DNA of 32,000 nucleotides from Candidatus Calditenuis fumarioli (lineage in GTDB: Archaea; Thermoproteota; Nitrososphaeria_A; Caldarchaeales; Calditenuaceae): the NCBI GenBank assembly GCA_030059665.1, contig JANVYR010000001.1, positions 544,191-576,190 of the forward strand. The letters run 5' to 3'. Positions 9,141 to 17,217 of the stretch are shown piece after piece; position 1 is the first letter of the stretch; each line of letters starts with the position of its first letter. A program made the position numbers and the translations under genes. The notes under the pieces were generated by a model, which saw only the letters and a list, made by a program, of their open reading frames with translations, searched no databases and was not told the DNA's origin.

Positions 9141-9529
9141 CCAGCGATCATAGGGACAGAGGTCTATAGAACTATTTGTTCGGCACGTCGTTCAAAAACA
9201 TTAGAGTCTCGATGGATGTATGCGATGTTACTTCTTATATACTCATCTACCGGAACTCGGTCAAGGAACAGCTGAGGGATGAACACGGTACGTTGATGCT
9301 TAGTCGGACCAATTCCTGTTCCTCCCGTCCTATCTCGAGCACCTTAGAGTCTCATTAGACCTAACCCTCCCTTGGTTGTTGAGACGCTCCCGCTATCTGG
9401 AAGGAATGCCGACCTGACTACATCTGAATCCACGATGCACGCAATGCTCCTGCGTATCGAACACTTACTATGACGAACAAAACATCTAGTAAAGTCAAAT
9501 AGGGATAGCTGAAGGGAGGTGTTAATTAA

Positions 9530-10729
9530 TTGCTGCAATCTGTCCTCTCGGAGCGGATGGTCCGGCTGATCAGGTTCTTCGCGCCGAGGGGAATCAGAGT
9601 ATCGAGGGCGATGGGCCAGTACGTCTGGGACACGGATGGCAGGAGGTACCTGGACTTCCACACCGGCAACGGTGCGGCCTTCCTCGGTCACCTCAACCCC
9701 CACGTGGTGAGGAGGTTGAGGGAGCAGTTGGACCGCGTCACGGTCCTGCCGCCGCTCTACGACAGCGACGCCCTCGACGAGGCCCTCTCCGCGCTCGGAA
9801 GGGTGCTCCCTCCGCACCTGGGGAACGTCTTCTTCCAGAACTCCGGGAGCGAGGCGGTTGAGCTGGCCCTGAAGCTGGCGAGGAAGAGGACGAGGAGGAG
9901 GAGGAAGGCGGTAGCCTTCACCGGCTCCTTCCACGGAAGGACGTTCGGTGCGCTCTCGGTCACCTTCAACAGGTCCTACAGGGAAGGTTACGAGCCGTTC
10001 CCCTTCGAGGTCGATTTCCTGCCCTTCAACTCGATCGATGACCTGCGGAGGATCGGGGAGGACGTGGCCGCCGCGATCGTCGAGCCAGTTCAGGGAGAGG
10101 GAGGCCTCACGCCGGCGACCGAGGAGTTCCTGAGGGAGCTGGAGAGGAGGTGCAGGGAGGTGGGAGCGTACCTGATCGTCGACGAGGTCCAGTCAGGCTT
10201 CGGTAGGACCGGTCTCGTCTGGGACCACATGAGGGCGAACTTGAGGCCCGACGTCCTCGTGGCGGGGAAGTCGATCGGCGGAGGATTCCCCGTGAGCCTG
10301 GTGGCGGTGACCGACGAGATAGCGTCGAGGGTGGAGGACGGAGAGCACGGCTCCACTCACGGAGGCAACCCGCTTGCGCTGGCTGCGGTGACCGGCGGCG
10401 TCGAGGCCCTCATCTCTGACGACGTGCCCTCGAAGGCGAGGGCCGCGGCGGAGCTGCTCATGTCCGGACTGAGGGAGATCGCTTCGGAGAACGGCCAGGT
10501 CGTCAGGTCGGTGAAGGGGAGGGGGCTGATGTTGGGCCTGGAGCTCCGGTTCAACCCCGCACAAGCGATCAGGGACCTGCAGACTCGTGGACTACTGGCG
10601 CTGAGGGCCGGCACGACCGTCCTGAGGTTCCTCCCGCCCTACCTGATCACGCCTGAGGACGTCGAGTGGGCAACGGCGCAGATCTCCGGGTCCCTGACCT
10701 CCCTCGGGTCCTCGAAGCCGTCCGGTTAG
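9530..10729 (+). CDS. class-III PLP aminotransferase, acetylornithine / LysW-lysine (ArgD/LysJ) type
   Basis: Motifs GNGAAFLGH, GSEAVELALKLAR, FHGRTFGALSVT, IVEPVQGEGG, DEVQSGFGRTG, AGKSIGGGFP (PLP lysine), HGSTHGGNPLA. A strong SD GGAGGTG lies 8 nt upstream of TTG 9530. Confidence 0.85.
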   Translation: MLQSVLSERMVRLIRFFAPRGIRVSRAMGQYVWDTDGRRYLDFHTGNGAAFLGHLNPHVVRRLREQLDRVTVLPPLYDSDALDEALSALGRVLPPHLGNVFFQNSGSEAVELALKLARKRTRRRRKAVAFTGSFHGRTFGALSVTFNRSYREGYEPFPFEVDFLPFNSIDDLRRIGEDVAAAIVEPVQGEGGLTPATEEFLRELERRCREVGAYLIVDEVQSGFGRTGLVWDHMRANLRPDVLVAGKSIGGGFPVSLVAVTDEIASRVEDGEHGSTHGGNPLALAAVTGGVEALISDDVPSKARAAAELLMSGLREIASENGQVVRSVKGRGLMLGLELRFNPAQAIRDLQTRGLLALRAGTTVLRFLPPYLITPEDVEWATAQISGSLTSLGSSKPSG

Positions 10730-10865
10730 AGGCGCGCTCCGCAGCGGGAGGCAGATGAGTCCTCCGCTCGTATCGGAGGGCCCTTCCTGGGTCGTTTCTC
10801 CGGCAAACCGCGGAGGTTCGAGCCCAAAAGAGCTTCAAGGAGGGGCGCGAGGATCTGCTCAGCGG

Positions 10866-11405
10866 ATGAAGAGCATCAAGGTCGTGATCGTCGGCCCGTT
10901 CAACGCAGGCAAGACCACACTGGTCAAAACACTCTCCGAGATCAGCATGACCCACGACGTCGAGGTCACCTCCCCCCAGGAGCGGGCCAAGAAGAGGACG
11001 ACGACCGTCGGCATGGACTTCGGAATCGTCAACATCGGCGAGGGCTACGTCGTCAGGCTCTTCGGCTCGCCGGGACAGCCCAGGTTCTCATTCATGTGGA
11101 GGGTCTTCATGCCCGGGACCGACGGCGTGATCTTCATGGTCGACTCTTCGGACAGGGAGGCGCTTCCGGAGGCGGCGAGGGAGTTCGCGAGGGCCAGGTC
11201 CACCTTCAGCGGCCTTCCGATGGTGGTGGCTGCGAACAAGCAGGACGTGCCCGATGCGATGCCCCCCGAAGTCGTGAGGTTCGTGCTCGACGTCCCCTCC
11301 ACGGTGCCCGTGATACCGTGCGTAGCAACCGACAGGGGTATGGCCTGGAGGGTTTTGGGGACGCTTCTGGAGGAGGTCTTCCGGGTCAACAGGATTCAGG
11401 TCTGA
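10866..11405 (+). CDS. small Ras-like GTPase (MglA / SR-beta / COG2229-type)
   Basis: G1 GPFNAGKTT, G3-like FGSPGQPRF, G4 NKQD. About 179 aa from ATG 10866. The ORF-track N-terminal extension from 10755 is Gly/Ser/Pro-rich and unlikely to be real. Confidence 0.75.
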   Translation: MKSIKVVIVGPFNAGKTTLVKTLSEISMTHDVEVTSPQERAKKRTTTVGMDFGIVNIGEGYVVRLFGSPGQPRFSFMWRVFMPGTDGVIFMVDSSDREALPEAAREFARARSTFSGLPMVVAANKQDVPDAMPPEVVRFVLDVPSTVPVIPCVATDRGMAWRVLGTLLEEVFRVNRIQV

Positions 11406-11412
11406 CGGACCC

Positions 11413-13335
11413 TCAGCTCCCAGAATCTCCCTGCTCCTGACCCGTCGCCTTTCGGGAGACCTTCAACTCGACGACCTCTCCGACGCCGTACGGAACCAGC
11501 GCGACCAGCTGGGATGCGACATCCTCGTCTGGCCTCGTGCCCCACGCCCTCTCCACCTCCCTAAGGAGCTCCGCCACCAGCTCCCTCGCTGGCTTCCGGC
11601 CGGGACGGAGAACGAGGTAGGCGTCCGCGACGGACCTCACGTAGTCCGGGTGGCCTGAGACTACACGACCGTCACCGGTCAGACCTATCGCGAGTTTGAG
11701 CTCCGCGATCAGGTAGTTCTTCGGAGGCTTGACGACGAAGGAGCCCTTCTCGAGGTAGGTCCCGGGAGGAGGGGTGAAGGAGACCTGTTCTGGCCTCACG
11801 TAGTAGACCGATACGCTCCCGAGGCCCTCCCGCCAGGCCCTGCTGTAGGAGGCGCAGAAGGTCGCGGCCTGGACGACGTCCGACTCTTCGGATGCCCCTC
11901 CCTTCAGGAGCACGGCCGGTGATCCCCGGACCTCCGCGTGGAAGACCAGGTCCCCGGGCTCCATGTGTTTCTTCAGGAGCCTGACGTTGGATGAGGCGTC
12001 CCTCCCGGCGACGACGAGCTTCCCCGATGTGGTGAAGGTCCACCGGTAGGACTCGTACCACTGCTTGGGCCTGGAAGGTCTGAACGCCACTGGCTTCGGT
12101 GCCTCGGCCCTCGTCGCCTCGCGCCTGACCCTCTCGATCTCCCTCCTCAGCGCCTCGGCCTCCGAGAGGACGTTCCTCCTCGCCTCCTCCAGCCCCTTCG
12201 CTTTGTCGAAGATCGATGAGACCTGCCGCGTCACGGGCTCGGAGAGGCCCATCAGGAGCTTGCGGCCGCAGACGTCCACCTCCAACGCGTTCCCCTTCAC
12301 CTCGGCCCTCAGCGTTCCGAGATCGATCGATCCGGACCTGCTCAGCCTGAGCCTCTCCAGCTCAGCTGCATTTGTGAAGATAGCCTGAGCGGCCCTTCTC
12401 AGCTCCTCCGCCTCCCGACCCAGCGAGGCCGCTAGCGCGAGCTTCTCCTCCAGCTCCCTCTCCATCCTCCTCGCCTTCTCCTCGGCCTCCCTCGCCTTCG
12501 CGGACCTGCTCAGGTGCTCCACCGCGAGCCTCAGGTACTCAAGAACGGCCTCGTTCACCCCCTCGAACTCCCTCACCTCCACCGCCTCGAACTCGAGGTG
12601 CGTCAGCCTGACCAGCGATAGCTCGACCCTTCCGGTGAGCAGGTAGATCCTAGGCCTCCCGGACCTGGCCTCCTCCAGGAGCCTCCCCAGCGTGGCCCTC
12701 AGTCCCTCGAGCTGCTCCTCCGTCAGGTCGCCGATCCTCACGTCGCCTCTCAGCCCGGACCTGTGGAGGGCCTCGTTGGCGTACTTCGGCGCGATGCCCA
12801 GCTCCCTCACCAGCACCGAACCCAACTTCTTCGACGGCCCGGCGGACCTGACCTCCCCCAGCGACGGCATGCCCTTGACCTCCTTGGAAACGCATGGGCC
12901 CGTCAGACCCTCTCCGGACTTCAGGGGCGGGTGCGCCGCGAGCACCTGTCCCTCAGTACCTCCGAGAAGCAGTAGCCTGCCGCCGGGGTAGAGCTCGCAG
13001 CAGAGCCTCAGGCCTCCCTCGAATCCCATCGAGATCGCCCTCTCGCCCCTGAAGGGTTCGAGGCTCGTCAGGGTCCTTCCCCTGAGGTGCTCCCTGAGGG
13101 CCCTGCAGAAGCCGTCCGGTTCGGCCCTCTCCTCGAACGTCCCCTTGACCAGCACCAACAACGATTCGGGCACGAGCTGGAGCTCCCAGCTGATCCCCTC
13201 CCCCCTCAGCCTGATCGTGTAGGACCCGTCGGGAAGGAGGTAGGCGTTCTGGACCCTCGAGCCGACGACCTGGGGAGCGATCTCCGCTGAGAGCCGTTCG
13301 ATCTCGATGCTGGAGAGCTGGACCCGCACGACCAC
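11413..13335 (-). CDS. NFACT-family protein (FbpA / RqcH-Rqc2 homologue; ribosome quality control)
   Basis: 640 aa: N-terminal NFACT-N-like region, long Glu/Arg/Leu coiled-coil middle, and a DUF814/NFACT-R core (VVAGRDASSNVRLLKKHMEPGDLVFHAEVRGSPAVLLKGG). Confidence 0.8.
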   Translation of the reverse strand: MVVRVQLSSIEIERLSAEIAPQVVGSRVQNAYLLPDGSYTIRLRGEGISWELQLVPESLLVLVKGTFEERAEPDGFCRALREHLRGRTLTSLEPFRGERAISMGFEGGLRLCCELYPGGRLLLLGGTEGQVLAAHPPLKSGEGLTGPCVSKEVKGMPSLGEVRSAGPSKKLGSVLVRELGIAPKYANEALHRSGLRGDVRIGDLTEEQLEGLRATLGRLLEEARSGRPRIYLLTGRVELSLVRLTHLEFEAVEVREFEGVNEAVLEYLRLAVEHLSRSAKAREAEEKARRMERELEEKLALAASLGREAEELRRAAQAIFTNAAELERLRLSRSGSIDLGTLRAEVKGNALEVDVCGRKLLMGLSEPVTRQVSSIFDKAKGLEEARRNVLSEAEALRREIERVRREATRAEAPKPVAFRPSRPKQWYESYRWTFTTSGKLVVAGRDASSNVRLLKKHMEPGDLVFHAEVRGSPAVLLKGGASEESDVVQAATFCASYSRAWREGLGSVSVYYVRPEQVSFTPPPGTYLEKGSFVVKPPKNYLIAELKLAIGLTGDGRVVSGHPDYVRSVADAYLVLRPGRKPARELVAELLREVERAWGTRPDEDVASQLVALVPYGVGEVVELKVSRKATGQEQGDSGS

Positions 13336-13350
13336 GTCCGCGGCCTTGCT

Positions 13351-14571
13351 CTACCTGTCCCACTCCACAGGCCAGAAGTTGTGGCTCCAGTAGATCACCG
13401 GTATGTCCGCCAACCTCTTACCGCGTGCGAGGTTAGGAAGCAGGATCAGGTTCCTGAAGGAAGGCGTCAGGATCCTCACGCGGTAGGGCCTGTCCGCTGC
13501 ATCGGACCTGATGTAGTAGGCGCACTCGCCGTGGGCCGCCTCCACCCTCGCGAAGGCCTCGCCGGCGGGGACCCTCAGGTTGATCGGGTGCTGCTTGTTC
13601 TTGACCGGGCCCTCCGGCATCATCTCGATGGCCTGCCGGATGATGTTGACGCTCTGGAGCATCTCCTCGTACGCGATCCACGCCCTGGCGTAGGCGTCCC
13701 CCTCGGTCCTCACGGGTACCTCGAACCTGAACCTGTCGTAGGCGTCGTAGGGCTCGTCGATCCTGACGTCCCGCTTGAAGCCGGAGGCCCTCAGGCTGAC
13801 CCCGACCGCTCCGAGCTCAGCTGCCATCTCCCTGGTCAGCACGCCCACGCCCCTGGTCCTGTCGATGAAGATCGAGTTCTCCAGTATCAGGTCCCTGTAG
13901 TGCTGGAGGCGGGCCTCGAGGAAGTCCATCACCCTCAGCACGTACTTCGGGAAGTCGTCCGTCAGCTCTCCCTCGGCCGGTGACCTGCCGGTAGCGTCCC
14001 TGTACCAGGCCCTGAACCGCTTCACCAGCTCGCCCGGTACCTTCTTCGGGACGTCGTTCCTCACACCTCCGGGGACGAAGTAGGAATGTGTGATCCGCTG
14101 ACCTCCGATGAACTGGACGAGGTCCACCACGAACTCCCGGTCGCCGAAGCACCAGAGGAAGGGCGTTGTCAGGCCTAGGAAGACGCCGTACAGCGCGAAG
14201 TAGTAGAAGTGGCTGCCGATCCTGTTCAGCTCCGCGACGAGCGGCCTGATGAACTTGGCCCTCTCCGGGATCTCGACGCCAATCAGCCTCTCCACCGCCA
14301 GGCAATATGGGTAGATCAGGCCGGCCGAGTCCAGGATCGCGGGGCGCTCGAGGTGGGGTATGTTGGTGATCCAGGTCTTCTGCTCGCACATCTTCTCCTC
14401 TCCCCTGTGGACGTACCCGGGATCAGGGTCGAGGTCGATCACGGTATCGCCTAGGACGCGGACGATCATCCTGAAGTGCCCGGTGCCTGGGTGCTGGGGA
14501 CCGTAGGAGAACGCCAGGCCCTCGCCGGCCTCCCAGATCGAGATCTCCTTGACCTCGGCATCCTCAGCCAT
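13351..14571 (-). CDS. NuoD-like (complex I 49-kDa / [NiFe]-hydrogenase large-subunit-fold) protein without Ni-Fe cysteines
   Basis: GPQHPGTGHFRMIV, GYVHRGEEK and the C-terminal ...VEWDR match the NuoD pattern. The positions of the hydrogenase CxxC pairs read ERPAILDSAG and SHNFWPVEWDR, with no cysteines. Start placed at ATG 14571, since the TATA AATATATAA at 14594-14602 predicts a leaderless mRNA. The ORF track starts at GTG 14580. Confidence 0.8.
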   Translation of the reverse strand: MAEDAEVKEISIWEAGEGLAFSYGPQHPGTGHFRMIVRVLGDTVIDLDPDPGYVHRGEEKMCEQKTWITNIPHLERPAILDSAGLIYPYCLAVERLIGVEIPERAKFIRPLVAELNRIGSHFYYFALYGVFLGLTTPFLWCFGDREFVVDLVQFIGGQRITHSYFVPGGVRNDVPKKVPGELVKRFRAWYRDATGRSPAEGELTDDFPKYVLRVMDFLEARLQHYRDLILENSIFIDRTRGVGVLTREMAAELGAVGVSLRASGFKRDVRIDEPYDAYDRFRFEVPVRTEGDAYARAWIAYEEMLQSVNIIRQAIEMMPEGPVKNKQHPINLRVPAGEAFARVEAAHGECAYYIRSDAADRPYRVRILTPSFRNLILLPNLARGKRLADIPVIYWSHNFWPVEWDR

Positions 14572-14593
14572 CGGCCCCACTTCCCTCTCGCCG

Positions 14594-14602
14594 AATATAT
14601 AA
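14594..14602 (-). promoter_or_regulatory. TATA box for the NuoD-like gene
   Basis: TTATATATT on the minus strand, centred about 27 nt upstream of ATG 14571. Confidence 0.4.
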
Positions 14603-14794
14603 CCGCCTTTTCACGAGGCGGTGTTGCGTGCTGCGGTGGCTCCCAGCGGCAACGGAACCGAGACCTTACCCGTCTCCTTCACCGGCGAGCTCGCCCTCGC
14701 AGCGAAGGGGGACCGCTCGCGATCCGCGCGTCCCAACCTCCTCGAGACGAGTTGGAGGTTCCGTAGAACTGTTCTGCTTCAGGGCCGCATCAGA

Positions 14795-14806
14795 TTTTTT
14801 AGTAAT
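14795..14806 (+). promoter_or_regulatory. TATA box for rps15
   Basis: TTTTTTAGTAAT, centred about 30 nt upstream of ATG 14833. Confidence 0.4.
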
Positions 14807-14832
14807 GGCTCGAGAGCTCGGAGGGAGAGAAG

Positions 14833-15279
14833 ATGGCGAGGATGCACGCGAGGAAGCGGGGTAAGTCCGGATCCAAGAGGCCCCTGGCGAAGACTCCGCC
14901 GAGCTGGCTGACGGTCACACCTCAGGAGGTGGAGGAGCTCGTGGTCAGCTACGCGAAGGCCGGGATGACGCCCAGCATGATAGGCGTTGTCCTCAGGGAC
15001 CAGCACGGCATACCCCTGGTCAAGGCGGTGACGGGCAAGTCGATCACGCAGATCCTCGCGGAGAGGGGGCTCCTTCCTGAGATACCGGAGGACCTGATGC
15101 ACCTCATCGAGCGGGCGAGGAGGATGCACGTCCACCTCCAGCGACACAGATCTGACCGCTACAACAGGCACAGGCTCCAGCTCCTCGAGGCCAAGATCCA
15201 CAGGCTGGTGAAGTACTACAAGCGCGTCGGCAAGGTCCCGAAGGACTTCCAGTTCAGGACGCTGTACACCTACGCCTGA
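14833..15279 (+). CDS. rps15: 30S ribosomal protein S15 (uS15, archaeal S15P/S13e type)
   Basis: MARMHARKRGKSGSKRP N-terminus, IGVVLRDQHGIP, and C-terminal HLQRHRSDRYNRHRLQLLEAKIHRLVKYYK, typical of archaeal S15. Confidence 0.9.
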   Translation: MARMHARKRGKSGSKRPLAKTPPSWLTVTPQEVEELVVSYAKAGMTPSMIGVVLRDQHGIPLVKAVTGKSITQILAERGLLPEIPEDLMHLIERARRMHVHLQRHRSDRYNRHRLQLLEAKIHRLVKYYKRVGKVPKDFQFRTLYTYA

Positions 15280-15290
15280 TCCGATGAACT

Positions 15291-15467
15291 ATGTCCTCCC
15301 GTACGACCGAGAGGGGCATCGCGTACGCCCTGCTCGGTGCGGTGCTGCTGCTGGTGGGCATCGCGGTGAGCTGGCGCCTCCTCGTGGAGCTCATCGGCCT
15401 GCTGGTGGCAGCGCTCGGCCTCTTCCTGCTGCTGAAGGGCATCGGTGACCTCCTGGGGAGATGGTAG
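15291..15467 (+). CDS. small two-TM membrane protein (58 aa, below the ORF-track cut-off)
   Basis: Manual translation: MSSRTTERGIAYALLGAVLLLVGIAVSWRLLVELIGLLVAALGLFLLLKGIGDLLGRW. The stop overlaps the next start (ATGGTAG, 15461-15467), suggesting translational coupling. Confidence 0.45.
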   Translation: MSSRTTERGIAYALLGAVLLLVGIAVSWRLLVELIGLLVAALGLFLLLKGIGDLLGRW

Positions 15468-15979
15468 CAAGCTTGCTGACCGTTCAACTGGATCAGCTCC
15501 TCCCCCTTGCGCAGCTTTTGGCGGGCCTTCTCCTGATTTTGGTCGGGAGGGGTCTGGTCAGGTTCGGCGCCTTCGTCGCGGCCGGCTCGATAGGGGCCTA
15601 TCTGATCTGGTTTCTCATAGGCAGATCGCTCGGTGAGGTCGCATCGCTGGTCCTCTTGGTCCTAGGCTTCGTCGGGTTCGGGCTGCTGGGGCTCCTTCTG
15701 CTCCGGGTGGGCGTCGGCGTCGCATCGGGTGTCCTCGCGTACCTGATCGCTTCGGGCCTGGGGCTGCAGTGGTTCTACGCCCTCGCGGCCTCGCTGGTGG
15801 CGCTCGCGGTCGCACTGCTGTGGCACGAGCACGCCCTCGCGGTCCTTTCGGTCTCTGTGGGTGCTCTTCTAGTTCAGAGGGGACTCTCCTGGCATCAGAT
15901 GGATCCCGGGATCGTTGTCATGATCGTCGCAGCTCTGGTCGCCCTGGGGCTGACGGTCCAGCTGAGGCCGAGGAGGTGA
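15461..15979 (+). CDS. polytopic membrane protein, unknown function
   Basis: 172 aa, 5-6 Gly/Leu/Ala-rich hydrophobic helices. I recognise no motif. Confidence 0.55.
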   Translation: MVASLLTVQLDQLLPLAQLLAGLLLILVGRGLVRFGAFVAAGSIGAYLIWFLIGRSLGEVASLVLLVLGFVGFGLLGLLLLRVGVGVASGVLAYLIASGLGLQWFYALAASLVALAVALLWHEHALAVLSVSVGALLVQRGLSWHQMDPGIVVMIVAALVALGLTVQLRPRR

Positions 15980-16028
15980 ATCGCGTCCGACGACAAAGTT
16001 CATTGAGGCCTGTTGCTGTGAAAGGACG

Positions 16029-16913
16029 TTGATCGTGGTCAACCTCACCGGATACGACGTGGAGGTCTCGCAGGAAGGTGATCGTGCTTTCACGGTAACC
16101 GTCAGGTCCAAGAGAGAGGTCAGGGTCCGCGGCATCGAGACGGGAGTCGGACGGTGGAGCTTCGGCTACACGAGCAGCCGGCACGGCAAACGGTGGAACG
16201 TGGGCTTCGAGATGATCAGCGTCCACGGACGTGTGGGGGACCAAAGTAAAACAAGGGAGGTCGAGGTGAGGCTGATCGGTGATCGTCCCTCATCGGGCTT
16301 CGTGGTGAAGGATGACCTGCGCGGGTTCCTTTACTGTACCGCCGCTAGGGCGGACATCGCCGGAGCCTTCGACGTCCACGTGTGCCTCTTCGCTCCAGCG
16401 CCGTCGCCACCTCAGGTGCAGGCGGAGAAGTCGATGCTGACCGCCAGCTCTGACGGCTCCTTCGCGATCGCGTACCTCCAACCATCCGGGTCTGGACTCG
16501 AGGTCTCGGTCACGTGCAGCGGTGAGGGCGTAAGGTCTGCCCGACTGGAGCTCGAGAGGTCAGGTTCCTTCAAGCTCGGATTCTTGAACGAGCTGAAATC
16601 GGTCGAGAGGTTGGTGACGGTGCTTCCAGGTCAGAGCTCCAAGGTCACCTGGTCTCCCGCGAACGGGCCAGCGGATCCCGTGTTGCTCGTCACAACGATC
16701 AACGACGCCTTAGACCAGAGGAAGTTCCAGAAGTTCCTGAGCGCCATCGGGTGCAGGGTGCGCGCCGGCCTCTTCGGAGGCATGATCCCTGAGTTCGGGG
16801 ACGTCTTCGTGATGGGCGACCATGAGCCCGTGAGGCACGTGATGCGATTGGTGCTGGATTTGCCTTGGAAGGTCGACGTGAAGGAAAGCGCGGAGCTGCA
16901 GGTCATCGGATGA
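16029..16913 (+). CDS. hypothetical soluble beta-rich protein, unknown family
   Basis: 294-aa ORF with balanced, protein-like composition and no signal peptide. No recognisable motif. TTG start. Confidence 0.5.
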   Translation: MIVVNLTGYDVEVSQEGDRAFTVTVRSKREVRVRGIETGVGRWSFGYTSSRHGKRWNVGFEMISVHGRVGDQSKTREVEVRLIGDRPSSGFVVKDDLRGFLYCTAARADIAGAFDVHVCLFAPAPSPPQVQAEKSMLTASSDGSFAIAYLQPSGSGLEVSVTCSGEGVRSARLELERSGSFKLGFLNELKSVERLVTVLPGQSSKVTWSPANGPADPVLLVTTINDALDQRKFQKFLSAIGCRVRAGLFGGMIPEFGDVFVMGDHEPVRHVMRLVLDLPWKVDVKESAELQVIG

Positions 16914-17056
16914 GGAGTTCGAGCGGCCCATGGCTTCGGGCTACCGCCCGTTCCGCTCGATGCACCAACGGTCAGGACCCGCCTCATCCGTCGGTCGGTT
17001 CTGATGTGCCGCGGATCATGGTTAAATGTCGCACCGTTGTGCAATTAGTGGCAGTC

Positions 17057-17128
17057 GGGCCGGTAGATCAGTGGTAGATCGCCCGCTTGGCGTGCGGGAG
17101 GTCGGGGGTTCAAATCCCCCCCGGTCCA
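17057..17128 (+). tRNA. tRNA-Ala (anticodon GGC)
   Basis: Cloverleaf folded by hand: acceptor GGGCCGG/CCGGTCC with the G3:U70 alanine identity pair, D arm GATC-AGTGGTA-GATC, anticodon arm CCCGC-TTGGCGT-GCGGG, T arm GGGGG-TTCAAAT-CCCCC, discriminator A. CCA is not encoded. Confidence 0.9.
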
Positions 17129-17217
17129 GAAATTAATCGTGTAATCGCAGTAGCCTCCTATGTGTCGCTTACAATTTCTACTGTGGTTAATGCTAAGAGA
17201 TTTGGTGATAGCGCTGG

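Larger units (their letters stand above)
6983..9529. other. low-GC insert (compositional island) carrying a second ABC-2 exporter
   Basis: Hand counts on sampled 60-nt lines: 7381-7440 about 30% GC, 8341-8400 about 32%, 8881-8940 about 48%, against about 67% at 6601-6660. The change is abrupt at the stop of the native permease (6982) and just before the SD/TTG of the aminotransferase (9530). Confidence 0.65.

Noticed and set aside
9200-9355. 10-nt direct repeat TTAGAGTCTC (about 9200 and about 9345) in the right arm of the low-GC insert
   Set aside because: It is a single pair of short repeats without associated structure or coding context, most likely chance.
6984-9492. CTAGTA present near both edges of the low-GC insert (6985-6990 and about 9486-9491) as possible target-site duplication
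   Set aside because: It is only 6 bp and expected by chance in 2.5 kb of A/T-rich DNA. No flanking inverted repeats are present.
9344-9934. 196-aa minus-strand ORF, and similar long shadow ORFs (2974..3708 -, 6455..7054 -, 13381..13983 +, 24009..24614 -, 25918..26643 +, 28196..28747 -, 29442..30014 -)
   Set aside because: All are antisense or out of frame relative to confidently identified genes, and all have Arg/Gly/Pro/Glu-rich low-complexity translations.
14770-14800. C/D-box sRNA-like elements on the minus strand (CUGAUGC ... CUGA)
   Set aside because: The C box is imperfect. No convincing D box, C'/D' pair or terminal stem was found at the proper spacing.
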